Below, in pieces: positions 27,167-35,673 of a stretch of DNA of 64,000 bases. A model generated the notes under the pieces. It was not told the DNA's origin, did not search any database, and saw nothing but the letters and a program-made list of their open reading frames with translations. Source of the stretch: a virus; IMG/VR virus record IMGVR_UViG_3300030099_007414, positions 32,001 through 96,000 of that record, one strand, 5' to 3'. Within the stretch, counting starts at the first letter, position 1; each line of letters starts with the position of its first letter. Both the position numbers and the translations under genes were made by a program.

Positions 27167-27557
27167 AACTAAATCCAAATTGATTTTCTATTTCTTGAGC
27201 CAGCTGTTCGGGCTGCTCCTCAAAGTCTCTTTCTATTCTTTCAATGTCTTCTTCTTTTGCTTGCTGAAGTTCTTCCAGAGTTTCATCATATTTCTTTGTC
27301 AGATCTGCAATTTCTTTTTCGTACTTTGCGATGGACTCCTCTCGAAGCTTTAACTCTTTTTGATGTAATCTTTCCATTGTTGCCAGTTGCTCTTGATAAC
27401 TAACAGTCATAACTTCCATTGATTTTTTAAGTGCGCCATAATCATTCTTGGAAAGAAAAAAGAAAACAATGAAGGCTATCAGAGCTAATGTTTGCCAGTT
27501 TTTGGCTACAAAAGCTCCGATGGCCTTAAATGCTTCACCCAAATCGACGTTAATCAA
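27156..27557 (-). CDS. N-terminal TM plus coiled-coil protein (i-spanin/Rz-like)
   Basis: TM WQTLALIAFIVFFFL followed by a long charged heptad region; follows the holin-like gene. Confidence 0.5.
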   Translation of the reverse strand: MINVDLGEAFKAIGAFVAKNWQTLALIAFIVFFFLSKNDYGALKKSMEVMTVSYQEQLATMERLHQKELKLREESIAKYEKEIADLTKKYDETLEELQQAKEEDIERIERDFEEQPEQLAQEIENQFGFSYVE

Positions 27558-27558
27558 C

Positions 27559-27753
27559 TTAGAGACCCTTCAATTTTACGATGGCATCAATAACAGACTG
27601 ACCGCCAATATAAAGCGCACTTAAAATAAGCCAGTCTCCACTGTCTATTGTCGCATTAAACATTAGGGCGGTAGCTGTGGCCCAAACAAGTAGCTTGCGA
27701 GAAACTACTTTTTCCAGAACCTTATCGATTGCACCTCTTGCTGCTTCTGTCAT
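27559..27753 (-). CDS. Holin-like small membrane protein
   Basis: 64 aa with two TM segments (SRKLLVWATATALMF; WLILSALYIGGQSVID); SD AAAGGAGA. Confidence 0.6.
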   Translation of the reverse strand: MTEAARGAIDKVLEKVVSRKLLVWATATALMFNATIDSGDWLILSALYIGGQSVIDAIVKLKGL

Positions 27754-27764
27754 CTTATTCTCCT

Positions 27765-30700
27765 TTAAATATTGACGGATGCATATCCGTCCTTCTTATC
27801 AATTGTAATTTGCATATCTACACAGTCTTTAAGCGTGTCGAGATGCGAGATTAGCAACACTGTTTTGAAATATGATCTAATGATAGAAAGGATATCTACG
27901 AATCCTTGCATGTTTTCTTCATCAAGAGCGGTACCGGGTTCGTCGAGGACAAAGATATCTCCCTTGGGTAAGCTGGATACACTCAAAAGGGCTAACCTAA
28001 TAGCCATCGCCGAAATAGTCTTTTCCGCGCCAGAACCCATCTCTAATGGTCGGGCGTCGTATTGAGGGTGCTTGATAAAGATATCCAGTCGCTTGCCATC
28101 ATCTTCGAAAAACAGCTCGAAGTCTACGATATTTGACAGAATTTTGCCAATCTCTTCGTTAATGACGGGAAGCTTCTTTCGAATAACATCAAAAGCAATT
28201 CCATTGGGGTGCATACATTGCTTGTATAAGTCATATGCGGAATATTGCTCCTGCAAAGTATCGAAAGATTCTTTTTGATTTTCTATAAACTTCACCTTTT
28301 CCTCGGCGGAACCTACAGATTTGTAAAGATTCAAAACCTCATTATTGCACTGTTCGCCCTTTATTTCATAGTTCTTCTTATCGTACTCCAAAGAGGCCAA
28401 CTTAGCATTAAGGCTTTCCAGATTCTCGATGGCATCCTTATTGGTTTCATACTCTGAAACTTTGTGTTCTAGCCTTTCGATTTCTACTAAAAGAGTAGAG
28501 ATGCATGCTTCGTTTTTATCAATTTTTAGATCCAAATTTGTTATAGTGTTTGAAAGCCCATCTCGTTCGGCCAGAATCTTTTCGTAAGCTTGAATCTTTG
28601 TTTCCACAAGTTTGGGATCAAGAGATGCAACCTGCTCGTCGATCAGGTCAATACTGGATTGGATGTTATTTATCCGCTTGTCGTTCTCCGAAATATTTTC
28701 TTCAGCAACAAGTGCGTCTTTTACAAAAGGATTTTCACAGCAATAGTGACAGTCCGGATCATACTCGTGATTTTCCAGCATTTGAACTTTTTTGGCATTC
28801 CGGGTTTTAGCGTTTTGCTCGGCCTTAAGCTTTTCTTTGAGACCTACAATGTCGCTTCTTAGCTTTTCTATATTTTCTCTTTCGCCATACAAAGTATCCT
28901 TAGAGTATGTCTCAAGGAAGTCACATATGGCTCTATATTCATTCTTTTTAGAATCTCTATCCTGCTTATCTTCCTGCACTTGGTCTCTAGTGCCAACCAT
29001 CTGACTCTTCTTTTTATTTAGGTCTCCACGAACCTTGACTACATCGATGACCTCTGCAGGAATTGAGCGAATCTTTTCCTTGATAAGGGCTATTTCGGCA
29101 GCACAAGATTGTGTGCCTTCTTTGTACTCTTTGCAAAGAGCTTTTTTCTCTTTCAGCTCGGTTTCCTTAGACACCAACCCATCTTTTAGTTCTAAGATTT
29201 CTTGAGCAAAGTCTCTATCTTGAAGCTTCCTTAGTTCGATGCTGATAGGTGCCGAATCGTCGTTGGCCAACTTGTATTTGCTGTCAAAAAATTTCAAGTC
29301 AAGAAAGTTGGCTAAAATTTCTTTTCTCTTAGTAGAACCTTCTTTGATGAAAGATAAGGAATCTAGCTGACTAGCCATCGAGGAATAGAGAAAGTCGTCT
29401 AGGTTGCCAAATACTTTACGAATGTTTTTGTCAGTTTCGTTTCTGGACGTTCCATTGAGGCTTTCTTGTTCGTCTTCGATGGGACAATATACACTAAATT
29501 CAGTGTTTGTCTTGGCTTCTAGAGAAGTTTCGCCTTTTAACTTCTTGATATATTTTGATGCCGTTCTCTCTATAGTATAATCAAGATTACCGATTGAAAT
29601 AGTGGCTTTACCAAAACACGATTCTTTGTTTTGATTAATTACATTAAGATTTTTTCTGTCATTTTTGGATGTGGAGTTGAACATCGTAAATAATAGAGAG
29701 TCGATAATACTAGACTTTCCAGAATAATTTTTACCAAAAATCCCAACGATACCATTTAAACTATCAAAGTTAATTGAATTAGATTCTCCATAGTTAAAGA
29801 GATTATCAAACTCTAAAGAGCGCAACTTCCAGTTTACGTTTCGAGAAATTTCCTCGTTGTCTTCTGCGATCTTATTATACTTGGAGTTGAGGGCCAAAAC
29901 TTTATCCATCAATCCCTCTTCGACTTCGTAGTCTTTCAAGTACTCTTTAATTAGCTTTTCTTGCACCTCGATATCTCGCAGGTCTTGAACTTCCAGATCT
30001 TGCGCCATATCCTCTACACTTCCGCGTTCGCCCTGTGAGCGATTCAATCTAGTGATCGATACTGGCTTGAATCTTCTCTTAGCAATATCTGTGGCTCGGC
30101 GCATAACATCTAGAGGGAGATTGTTGTGAGTTACAAGTCTAAGTCGGCATCCTTCTGGAACCTGTATTCCCTTGGGCATCTTGCCCTTTGGCGTGAGGTT
30201 GATTGTAACAAAAGGAATGGGGTTTTCTAGAACGATGTGCTTACAAGTATAATTTTCTTTATCCTTAATGTCCCAGACCAAATATCCCTTGTCATTTGTC
30301 TCACCATGATTCTGCTGCACTGTAGAACCACAGTATCGCACCCGACCTTCCTCATCAAGTATCTGGTTGGTCTTGTGGATATCTCCCAAAAATGCATAGT
30401 CGTGTCCTTCGAAAATCTCAATAGGGTGCTCTCCATGCGTCATGATATATCCAGTATCGGTCTTGACACCAGAAATAGACCCATGATAAAGGGCGATATT
30501 TACCTTTTCCGGATCTGAAGGTGTGACCCAGTTGTCTTCATCGAAAACTGACAAAACGTTGAGAGCAGCAAAATTATCTAATACTACTTCTCCGGAGTTC
30601 TTGAGTAGGTGCAATTCTGGATGCTCTAGGGCATCAGCTATGGGGGTTAGTGCGTCCTGTCGGCTGGAGTTTTTCAAATTTCCGTCATGATTACCCAAGA

Positions 30701-30926
30701 TGACGTAGGTCGGAGCAATATCTGCCAGATTTCTAAAAAACTTGGTACACATTTCTACAAATTCTGGAGAAATTTGTGTCTTTGTGTGGGCGATGTCACC
30801 GCAGTGAATAATATAATCTACGTTCTCCTCTCTCAAGGTTTCGTAGAGCTTTTCAAAAACTATACCGTATTCGTAATGATATTTTAAGTTCTTAATGTGG
30901 GTATCTGCAATATGGGCAAACTTCAA
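27765..30926 (-). CDS. Fused Mre11/SbcD (gp47-like) nuclease and Rad50/SbcC (gp46-like) ATPase
   Basis: Phosphoesterase motifs ADTH, GDIAH, GNHD, YHG and GDIH, then Walker A GKNYSGKSS, coiled coil with CHYC hook, signature MGSGAE, Walker B FVLDEP and LISH, all in one frame. TTG start with SD AGGAG. Confidence 0.92.
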   Translation of the reverse strand: MKFAHIADTHIKNLKYHYEYGIVFEKLYETLREENVDYIIHCGDIAHTKTQISPEFVEMCTKFFRNLADIAPTYVILGNHDGNLKNSSRQDALTPIADALEHPELHLLKNSGEVVLDNFAALNVLSVFDEDNWVTPSDPEKVNIALYHGSISGVKTDTGYIMTHGEHPIEIFEGHDYAFLGDIHKTNQILDEEGRVRYCGSTVQQNHGETNDKGYLVWDIKDKENYTCKHIVLENPIPFVTINLTPKGKMPKGIQVPEGCRLRLVTHNNLPLDVMRRATDIAKRRFKPVSITRLNRSQGERGSVEDMAQDLEVQDLRDIEVQEKLIKEYLKDYEVEEGLMDKVLALNSKYNKIAEDNEEISRNVNWKLRSLEFDNLFNYGESNSINFDSLNGIVGIFGKNYSGKSSIIDSLLFTMFNSTSKNDRKNLNVINQNKESCFGKATISIGNLDYTIERTASKYIKKLKGETSLEAKTNTEFSVYCPIEDEQESLNGTSRNETDKNIRKVFGNLDDFLYSSMASQLDSLSFIKEGSTKRKEILANFLDLKFFDSKYKLANDDSAPISIELRKLQDRDFAQEILELKDGLVSKETELKEKKALCKEYKEGTQSCAAEIALIKEKIRSIPAEVIDVVKVRGDLNKKKSQMVGTRDQVQEDKQDRDSKKNEYRAICDFLETYSKDTLYGERENIEKLRSDIVGLKEKLKAEQNAKTRNAKKVQMLENHEYDPDCHYCCENPFVKDALVAEENISENDKRINNIQSSIDLIDEQVASLDPKLVETKIQAYEKILAERDGLSNTITNLDLKIDKNEACISTLLVEIERLEHKVSEYETNKDAIENLESLNAKLASLEYDKKNYEIKGEQCNNEVLNLYKSVGSAEEKVKFIENQKESFDTLQEQYSAYDLYKQCMHPNGIAFDVIRKKLPVINEEIGKILSNIVDFELFFEDDGKRLDIFIKHPQYDARPLEMGSGAEKTISAMAIRLALLSVSSLPKGDIFVLDEPGTALDEENMQGFVDILSIIRSYFKTVLLISHLDTLKDCVDMQITIDKKDGYASVNI

Positions 30927-30940
30927 AATAGACTCTCCTA

Positions 30941-31876
30941 TTATATGGCAGAAATCGCGTTGATCAAGCTATCGTAGCTCTTCACAAACTTGGCTTTCTG
31001 GCTTAAAACTGAAACTTCTTTCTTTGACATCTCTCCGATGTCTCTCTCATCTGGATATTCGATCTCTCTAACTTCTATTCCGTACTTTAAAAACAATTTT
31101 TTAATATACTCTGACTTCTTCCTAGCATCCGGATCCAATGCCATTAGGACCGGTGTGTCATTTTTTACAATTTTTCTAAAAAGCTTAGAACTTTCGCGGA
31201 TCGTTGATCCTAGAATTGGTACTGCATTGTGTGCCTTAATTGCGTCGAATACGCCTTCCACAATCATAACTTCTTCGTCGAAGTCTACATATAGCTCGTT
31301 AAAAACAATATTTCTAGAAATGGGGGGATTCATATATCTCCGATAATCGTCTGCAAAAGTTCTGGCAATAAAATAATTCAAGTCGCCGTCTTTATTGAAA
31401 GAAGGTATTATAATCCTATTTTTAAAGGGGCCTTCGGTGGTATATCCAATTTTCCATTTGAGTATGTCATATTTGTTAATTCCCCTCTCTGTGAGGTATT
31501 TTTGTGCCCTAAGATGAGATTTGCTGTTGGAGGGTCGGGTAAGACTTTTAAATCCCTGGGGAACTTCAAGTATTTGTTCTCTCTGCTCAACTACCACTTC
31601 GACTTCAAACAGTCTATCAAATTCTCCTAAATCTTGCTTAAAACCAGTAAGCTCTTTCCATTTCTCTTGTTGGGAAAAATTACCGAAGCGACGGACAACG
31701 CGAAATAAGTTATTACCTCGTGCATCACAGATCCAGCATTTATAAACATTTTTCTCAACATTCACAGAAAATTTATTTTTATGATGATTGCAGTATGGAC
31801 ATGCAAACAGATGCTCCTCATTTGATTTAAAGCTTCTGCCAAGGATGTTGTGAAGTATAGAAAGTTTCTCATTCAT
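30941..31876 (-). CDS. DNA primase (DnaG/gp61-like)
   Basis: Zn finger CPYC.H...CWIC, YL.ERGI, RIIIP, TOPRIM IVEGVFDA and LDPDA. Confidence 0.9.
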   Translation of the reverse strand: MNEKLSILHNILGRSFKSNEEHLFACPYCNHHKNKFSVNVEKNVYKCWICDARGNNLFRVVRRFGNFSQQEKWKELTGFKQDLGEFDRLFEVEVVVEQREQILEVPQGFKSLTRPSNSKSHLRAQKYLTERGINKYDILKWKIGYTTEGPFKNRIIIPSFNKDGDLNYFIARTFADDYRRYMNPPISRNIVFNELYVDFDEEVMIVEGVFDAIKAHNAVPILGSTIRESSKLFRKIVKNDTPVLMALDPDARKKSEYIKKLFLKYGIEVREIEYPDERDIGEMSKKEVSVLSQKAKFVKSYDSLINAISAI

Positions 31877-31882
31877 ACTATT

Positions 31883-31911
31883 AGTATAACACGTTAGATT
31901 CTATGTGTCAA
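31883..31911 (-). promoter_or_regulatory. Consensus sigma70 promoter giving a probably leaderless primase mRNA
   Basis: TTGACA (31911-31906), 17 bp spacer ending in TGn, TATACT (31888-31883), then 6 nt to the ATG (31876). No SD. Confidence 0.8.
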
Positions 31912-32413
31912 GGATTATTTTTGATCCTGCTTTTGCGACCACTACAGCGTCTGCAATATCATAGCAATATTTTTGTACATTGCCGTATCTGGTATAGTCT
32001 ATTGGAAATTCGCCACTTTCCACAAAATGCTCCATTACCACGTCTTTGGCCTTCTTGCCTCTCGGAACTTTGATTCCACATTTTGACCTAGCGGAGATAG
32101 GAGTGACATATTGAGGCTCAAGCTCCAGTAATTTGAAACAAAGCCAAGAAACAACGCCGTTGAAATTCTGAAGAGTGGACATTGTTTTTGCTGTAGATCC
32201 CCCTCTTCTGAAAAACATTAAGGCTTGTTCGATAAAGATATGTTCTATGTTTTCTTCTTGTAGATTGTGAAGTACATAGTCTTCCACTACCTTGGCCTTA
32301 TGCAGTAGCCCTGTGGTTTTTCTTAAATCGATATAATCGGTTTTGACAATTTTGTCATCTTTCAGCAAACAAACACCGATGATGCTTGTGCTGACATCTA
32401 ATCCTAATATCAT
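31901..32413 (-). CDS. RuvC-like Holliday junction resolvase
   Basis: RNase H-fold acidic motifs ILGLDVST, IFIEQ and DIADA. Confidence 0.85.
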   Translation of the reverse strand: MILGLDVSTSIIGVCLLKDDKIVKTDYIDLRKTTGLLHKAKVVEDYVLHNLQEENIEHIFIEQALMFFRRGGSTAKTMSTLQNFNGVVSWLCFKLLELEPQYVTPISARSKCGIKVPRGKKAKDVVMEHFVESGEFPIDYTRYGNVQKYCYDIADAVVVAKAGSKIILDT

Positions 32414-33579
32414 TAAATATCCAGTTTTAATTTAAAAGTTAAGTCTCTGTTCTGTGTTTTCTTAATAGGAGTGGCCATCGTTGCTATACCAATTAAGTTC
32501 TTATCTTCGTCGTAAATTCCAATTTTAGAAATATATGTAGTTTTTTGAAATTCGGCAGGTGGGTCCACATAAGATGAACTGACAATATTTTTTATTGCCA
32601 AATTTGTAGGCTCTGAGTAAACATAGGAACCGGTAGAGGGTGTCGTGTTTTGGCCGAACTTGATGTACGTTGGGTTGTTGGAGTGATTCATTTCGCCTTT
32701 ATCGGCGTGAGCAAACATGGTCAAAGTAGGGATCTTATTGACCCCCTTCATTTCCATAGCGTAACTTGAAGATGGTATTATACCTGATGGGCTCCCATCG
32801 TTCGCCCCTACTCCGAAGAATAACCATGAGGGCTCTCTAAGGTTACCGGGGTCATTCAAATAGTTCCTAGCGATGCTGTCAAGCTCCCATGAGCCGGTTA
32901 AAACCAAAAAACCCTCGTCATATAGTGCGACACCTGCACATGAACCGGAACCTGTGCTCCCTTCTGGTCCAGTTTGAATCATTTCCCCATTTCCGCTTTC
33001 GTCTTTGAGCGTTCCGATGAGCGTACCCGATATATAAAAATTAAGCTCCAATGAAGTGGGCTTGATAGAACTACCAAAGAGAATCGAAGGTATAGAAATT
33101 AGATTTAATCGTTGTGTAGACTTATCTCCTAGAGATGAACTATAAGCGAATTGTGGACTTCTGATGATATAATTATTCAGAGTATTCTTTAGGGCGTTAA
33201 CTTCGGGGCGCGTTTGGCCTAGTTGGTAATAATTCCTCTTAATGCTCGAAGAAAGAGGGTAGGAGCCGGATATGGTATCACCGTATAAAAAGTCAGTGCT
33301 AAAGGACGTAGTGGATATAGTCTTGGTTCCCAGCCGACTACCATCTTTAGTGATAAAAGGGTAGATTAATCCAGTATCTGTAGAATTTCTATCTACATTC
33401 AATTCATAAAGAGAAACAAATCCGGTTGGAACGTTTGGGACAGAGCTAGTAAAAGCACCTACAATGTGTGTCTGCTTGTTTCTATATACTTTTGCGTCAT
33501 ATATCTCGAACAATTGTTCCGGATTTGTTTCCAGAACATTATACAAAATATCTTTACTTTCAAATTTTTTAAAAGTCAT
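32413..33579 (-). CDS. Tail/baseplate structural protein
   Basis: C-terminal YISKIGIYDEDKNLIGIA...PIKK...LTFKLKLDI, paralogous to the next gene; resembles tail-fibre collar domains. Confidence 0.55.
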   Translation of the reverse strand: MTFKKFESKDILYNVLETNPEQLFEIYDAKVYRNKQTHIVGAFTSSVPNVPTGFVSLYELNVDRNSTDTGLIYPFITKDGSRLGTKTISTTSFSTDFLYGDTISGSYPLSSSIKRNYYQLGQTRPEVNALKNTLNNYIIRSPQFAYSSSLGDKSTQRLNLISIPSILFGSSIKPTSLELNFYISGTLIGTLKDESGNGEMIQTGPEGSTGSGSCAGVALYDEGFLVLTGSWELDSIARNYLNDPGNLREPSWLFFGVGANDGSPSGIIPSSSYAMEMKGVNKIPTLTMFAHADKGEMNHSNNPTYIKFGQNTTPSTGSYVYSEPTNLAIKNIVSSSYVDPPAEFQKTTYISKIGIYDEDKNLIGIATMATPIKKTQNRDLTFKLKLDI

Positions 33580-33585
33580 AACACC

Positions 33586-33599
33586 TATAAGTAGTATGC
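33586..33599 (-). promoter_or_regulatory. Candidate late promoter GCATACTACTTATA
   Basis: Intergenic. An identical 14-mer occurs at 21880-21893, upstream of the gene starting at 21795. Confidence 0.5.
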
Positions 33600-33617
33600 G
33601 CTGCGTTTTTAATTATA

Positions 33618-34658
33618 TTAGTAATCTAATCTAACGCGCAAAGTTAATTCGTTTGACGGATCTTTCTTAAGAGGCTCTGATACTTTTGCGACAGCCAACA
33701 ACTCGTTATCTTCAGAATAAAGTCCGATGGTTGTAATATAGGCCGAGGGAGAATCTGTAGAGTTGTTTTTAACCCTAATCTTGCTTCCTGATAAGTAGGT
33801 GGGATTAGAGCTATAATTGAATTCGTTAGAACCCGCTCTACAGAAATAAATCGTGGAGTTTAATTCGGTGGTATTATTATAATCACAGTCTTGCCACCTA
33901 TTTCTAATACCGTCGCAAGATGATGAAATTTCAGAACCAGTAAGGACCGCCTCAATAGAGGAGGTATCGTATGTAGCTGCAGGAGATCCAAATTCTCCAT
34001 CAAACACAGATGCTGTCAGAACAGCAATACCTGCTTGGTAATAAAGCAAGCCCACTCCGGTGCCCGCAACTGCAGCTGAACCGGTGTATAGGACGGCGTA
34101 TTCTCCGGCGGGAGAATTTGTCAAATATGTAGAAGCTGCGCCGTGATCTTGAATAGTCAACGCATCAGTAGGTGCCGAGGGGGTTCCACCAGTCAGGGCA
34201 GTAAAAATGAAAGATCCTTTTTTGATTTCGTCCTTCGTAAGCAATCTTGAAAAGTTGATAAACAAACATTCTTGCAGCTTATCTCCTCCGCCACTGCCAG
34301 CAGCAAAGTTGCCATCTCGGTCGAACTCGCGGATTCCGCCAGTTTCATTGTATCCCACCAAGACCTGAGCCATCTGATTATAGATATTGATCTTTTTGGT
34401 GTTTTGGGCGCTGGTAGCTGTGTTCAGTGCTGATCCAGAAGAATAGCCCACTGTTAGGTCGAAAATATGGTTTGCCGAAGAACTTAGATAGGGATAATCA
34501 TAAACTGATTGAAACATACCATGTGCATAGTTCTTGATATTTTCATCTGCATAAGTTCCCGAAACAATAGTGCCCGTGAGGGGGATTGCTTCGTGAAGCA
34601 GTGTTCGCGTGTTCGCAACGTCTTTGTCTAATATTAAAGTTTTAAATGTTGTGGCCAT
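33618..34658 (-). CDS. Tail/baseplate structural protein
   Basis: C-terminal YITTIGLYSEDNELLAVAK.SEPLKKD...LTLRVRLDY; shares EFNYSSNPTY/EMNHSNNPTY with 32413-33579. Confidence 0.55.
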   Translation of the reverse strand: MATTFKTLILDKDVANTRTLLHEAIPLTGTIVSGTYADENIKNYAHGMFQSVYDYPYLSSSANHIFDLTVGYSSGSALNTATSAQNTKKINIYNQMAQVLVGYNETGGIREFDRDGNFAAGSGGGDKLQECLFINFSRLLTKDEIKKGSFIFTALTGGTPSAPTDALTIQDHGAASTYLTNSPAGEYAVLYTGSAAVAGTGVGLLYYQAGIAVLTASVFDGEFGSPAATYDTSSIEAVLTGSEISSSCDGIRNRWQDCDYNNTTELNSTIYFCRAGSNEFNYSSNPTYLSGSKIRVKNNSTDSPSAYITTIGLYSEDNELLAVAKVSEPLKKDPSNELTLRVRLDY

Positions 34659-34670
34659 GTTTTATTAATC

Positions 34671-35591
34671 CTATAGGGTTGACTTATATTTCAATAATCT
34701 AACGGGGATGTCTATACTATTACCCGTGGTGATACCAGTAACTCTGACAGTCGTGTCGATATAATAGTATATTTTGGTTCCATCGCTAATTTCAGAACCG
34801 AGGGTGGTAAACAAGTAAGTACTTGATTGTAGATCCAAAGAGGACTGGAGGCTGAATTTCAACCTGCTTCCTCTTGGACCCTCAATGGGACTCTCTGACG
34901 GGCTGGTTTTATCAGTAATGTCCGTGACAAATGAGGTGCTAGATACTGAATACAGGGCGATAGAATCATCATCCACAAAAGAAGGAGTAGATACAGTGCC
35001 GCTCTCGTCTGCCAAAGAAACAAGCCTATTGTCCATCTGCAGTTGGTATTGACCCTCATAGAGATCTGAAGGAATAGTGGTGGCTGGGGAGATGGCCTCT
35101 GTGTTCAAGCCCTGATCCAGCACGATTGGGTTAGATGAACCGGGTGATGAACCGTTGAGGGTTGAGGGGGTTCCATCATACGACGCTAATTCGGTAGAGG
35201 TTGATTCATCTACAGAAACTGGAATAATATTTCCACCCAGTAAGGTACCGGGAGCAGTGAGCGGAATACCTCCGTCTGTGCCGGACTTATTATTGATGAG
35301 CATCGTAGGCAAATATAAAATGTTTGTTCTGGTGATTGTAATAAGCTTTGATCTCATGCTCGAAGTATTGTTCGTGAATGCTTCGAGTACGGGAGTTTGC
35401 AAAATTTCCAAATCATAAAAAGCAGATCCTCTAAGGTCTGTTCCATTATAGTTTTCATAATCGATTTCGTCGTCACCTAGAGCAAATTTGACAATCTTAA
35501 AGCTGCCGTCGCCCCTAGCTAATCTTTCTCTTCCTGCGTCTGTTAATACAGCGTCTAAGATAATATCTCCGCTGTTATCTAAAAATGACAT
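34671..35591 (-). CDS. Tail/baseplate structural protein
   Basis: N-terminal IILDAVLTDAGRERLARG...IVKFALGDDEIDY; similar to the N-terminus of 41786-42793. Confidence 0.55.
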   Translation of the reverse strand: MSFLDNSGDIILDAVLTDAGRERLARGDGSFKIVKFALGDDEIDYENYNGTDLRGSAFYDLEILQTPVLEAFTNNTSSMRSKLITITRTNILYLPTMLINNKSGTDGGIPLTAPGTLLGGNIIPVSVDESTSTELASYDGTPSTLNGSSPGSSNPIVLDQGLNTEAISPATTIPSDLYEGQYQLQMDNRLVSLADESGTVSTPSFVDDDSIALYSVSSTSFVTDITDKTSPSESPIEGPRGSRLKFSLQSSLDLQSSTYLFTTLGSEISDGTKIYYYIDTTVRVTGITTGNSIDIPVRLLKYKSTL

Positions 35592-35629
35592 TTTAAGCCC
35601 TCTTAATGGTTAAATATTTTTTTACATAA

Positions 35630-35638
35630 TAAATAGTT
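35630..35638 (-). promoter_or_regulatory. Candidate late promoter AACTATTTA
   Basis: Intergenic, about 39 nt upstream of the ATG at 35591. Confidence 0.6.
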
Positions 35639-35673
35639 TGAAAATATGTATTTTTCAAAAACATTTTAGTTTA

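Noticed and set aside
14764-31876. Introns, inteins or homing endonucleases in capsid, terminase, portal or primase genes
   Set aside because: Lengths and motif spacing are ordinary, and I saw no intein ends or LAGLIDADG/HNH/GIY-YIG motifs.
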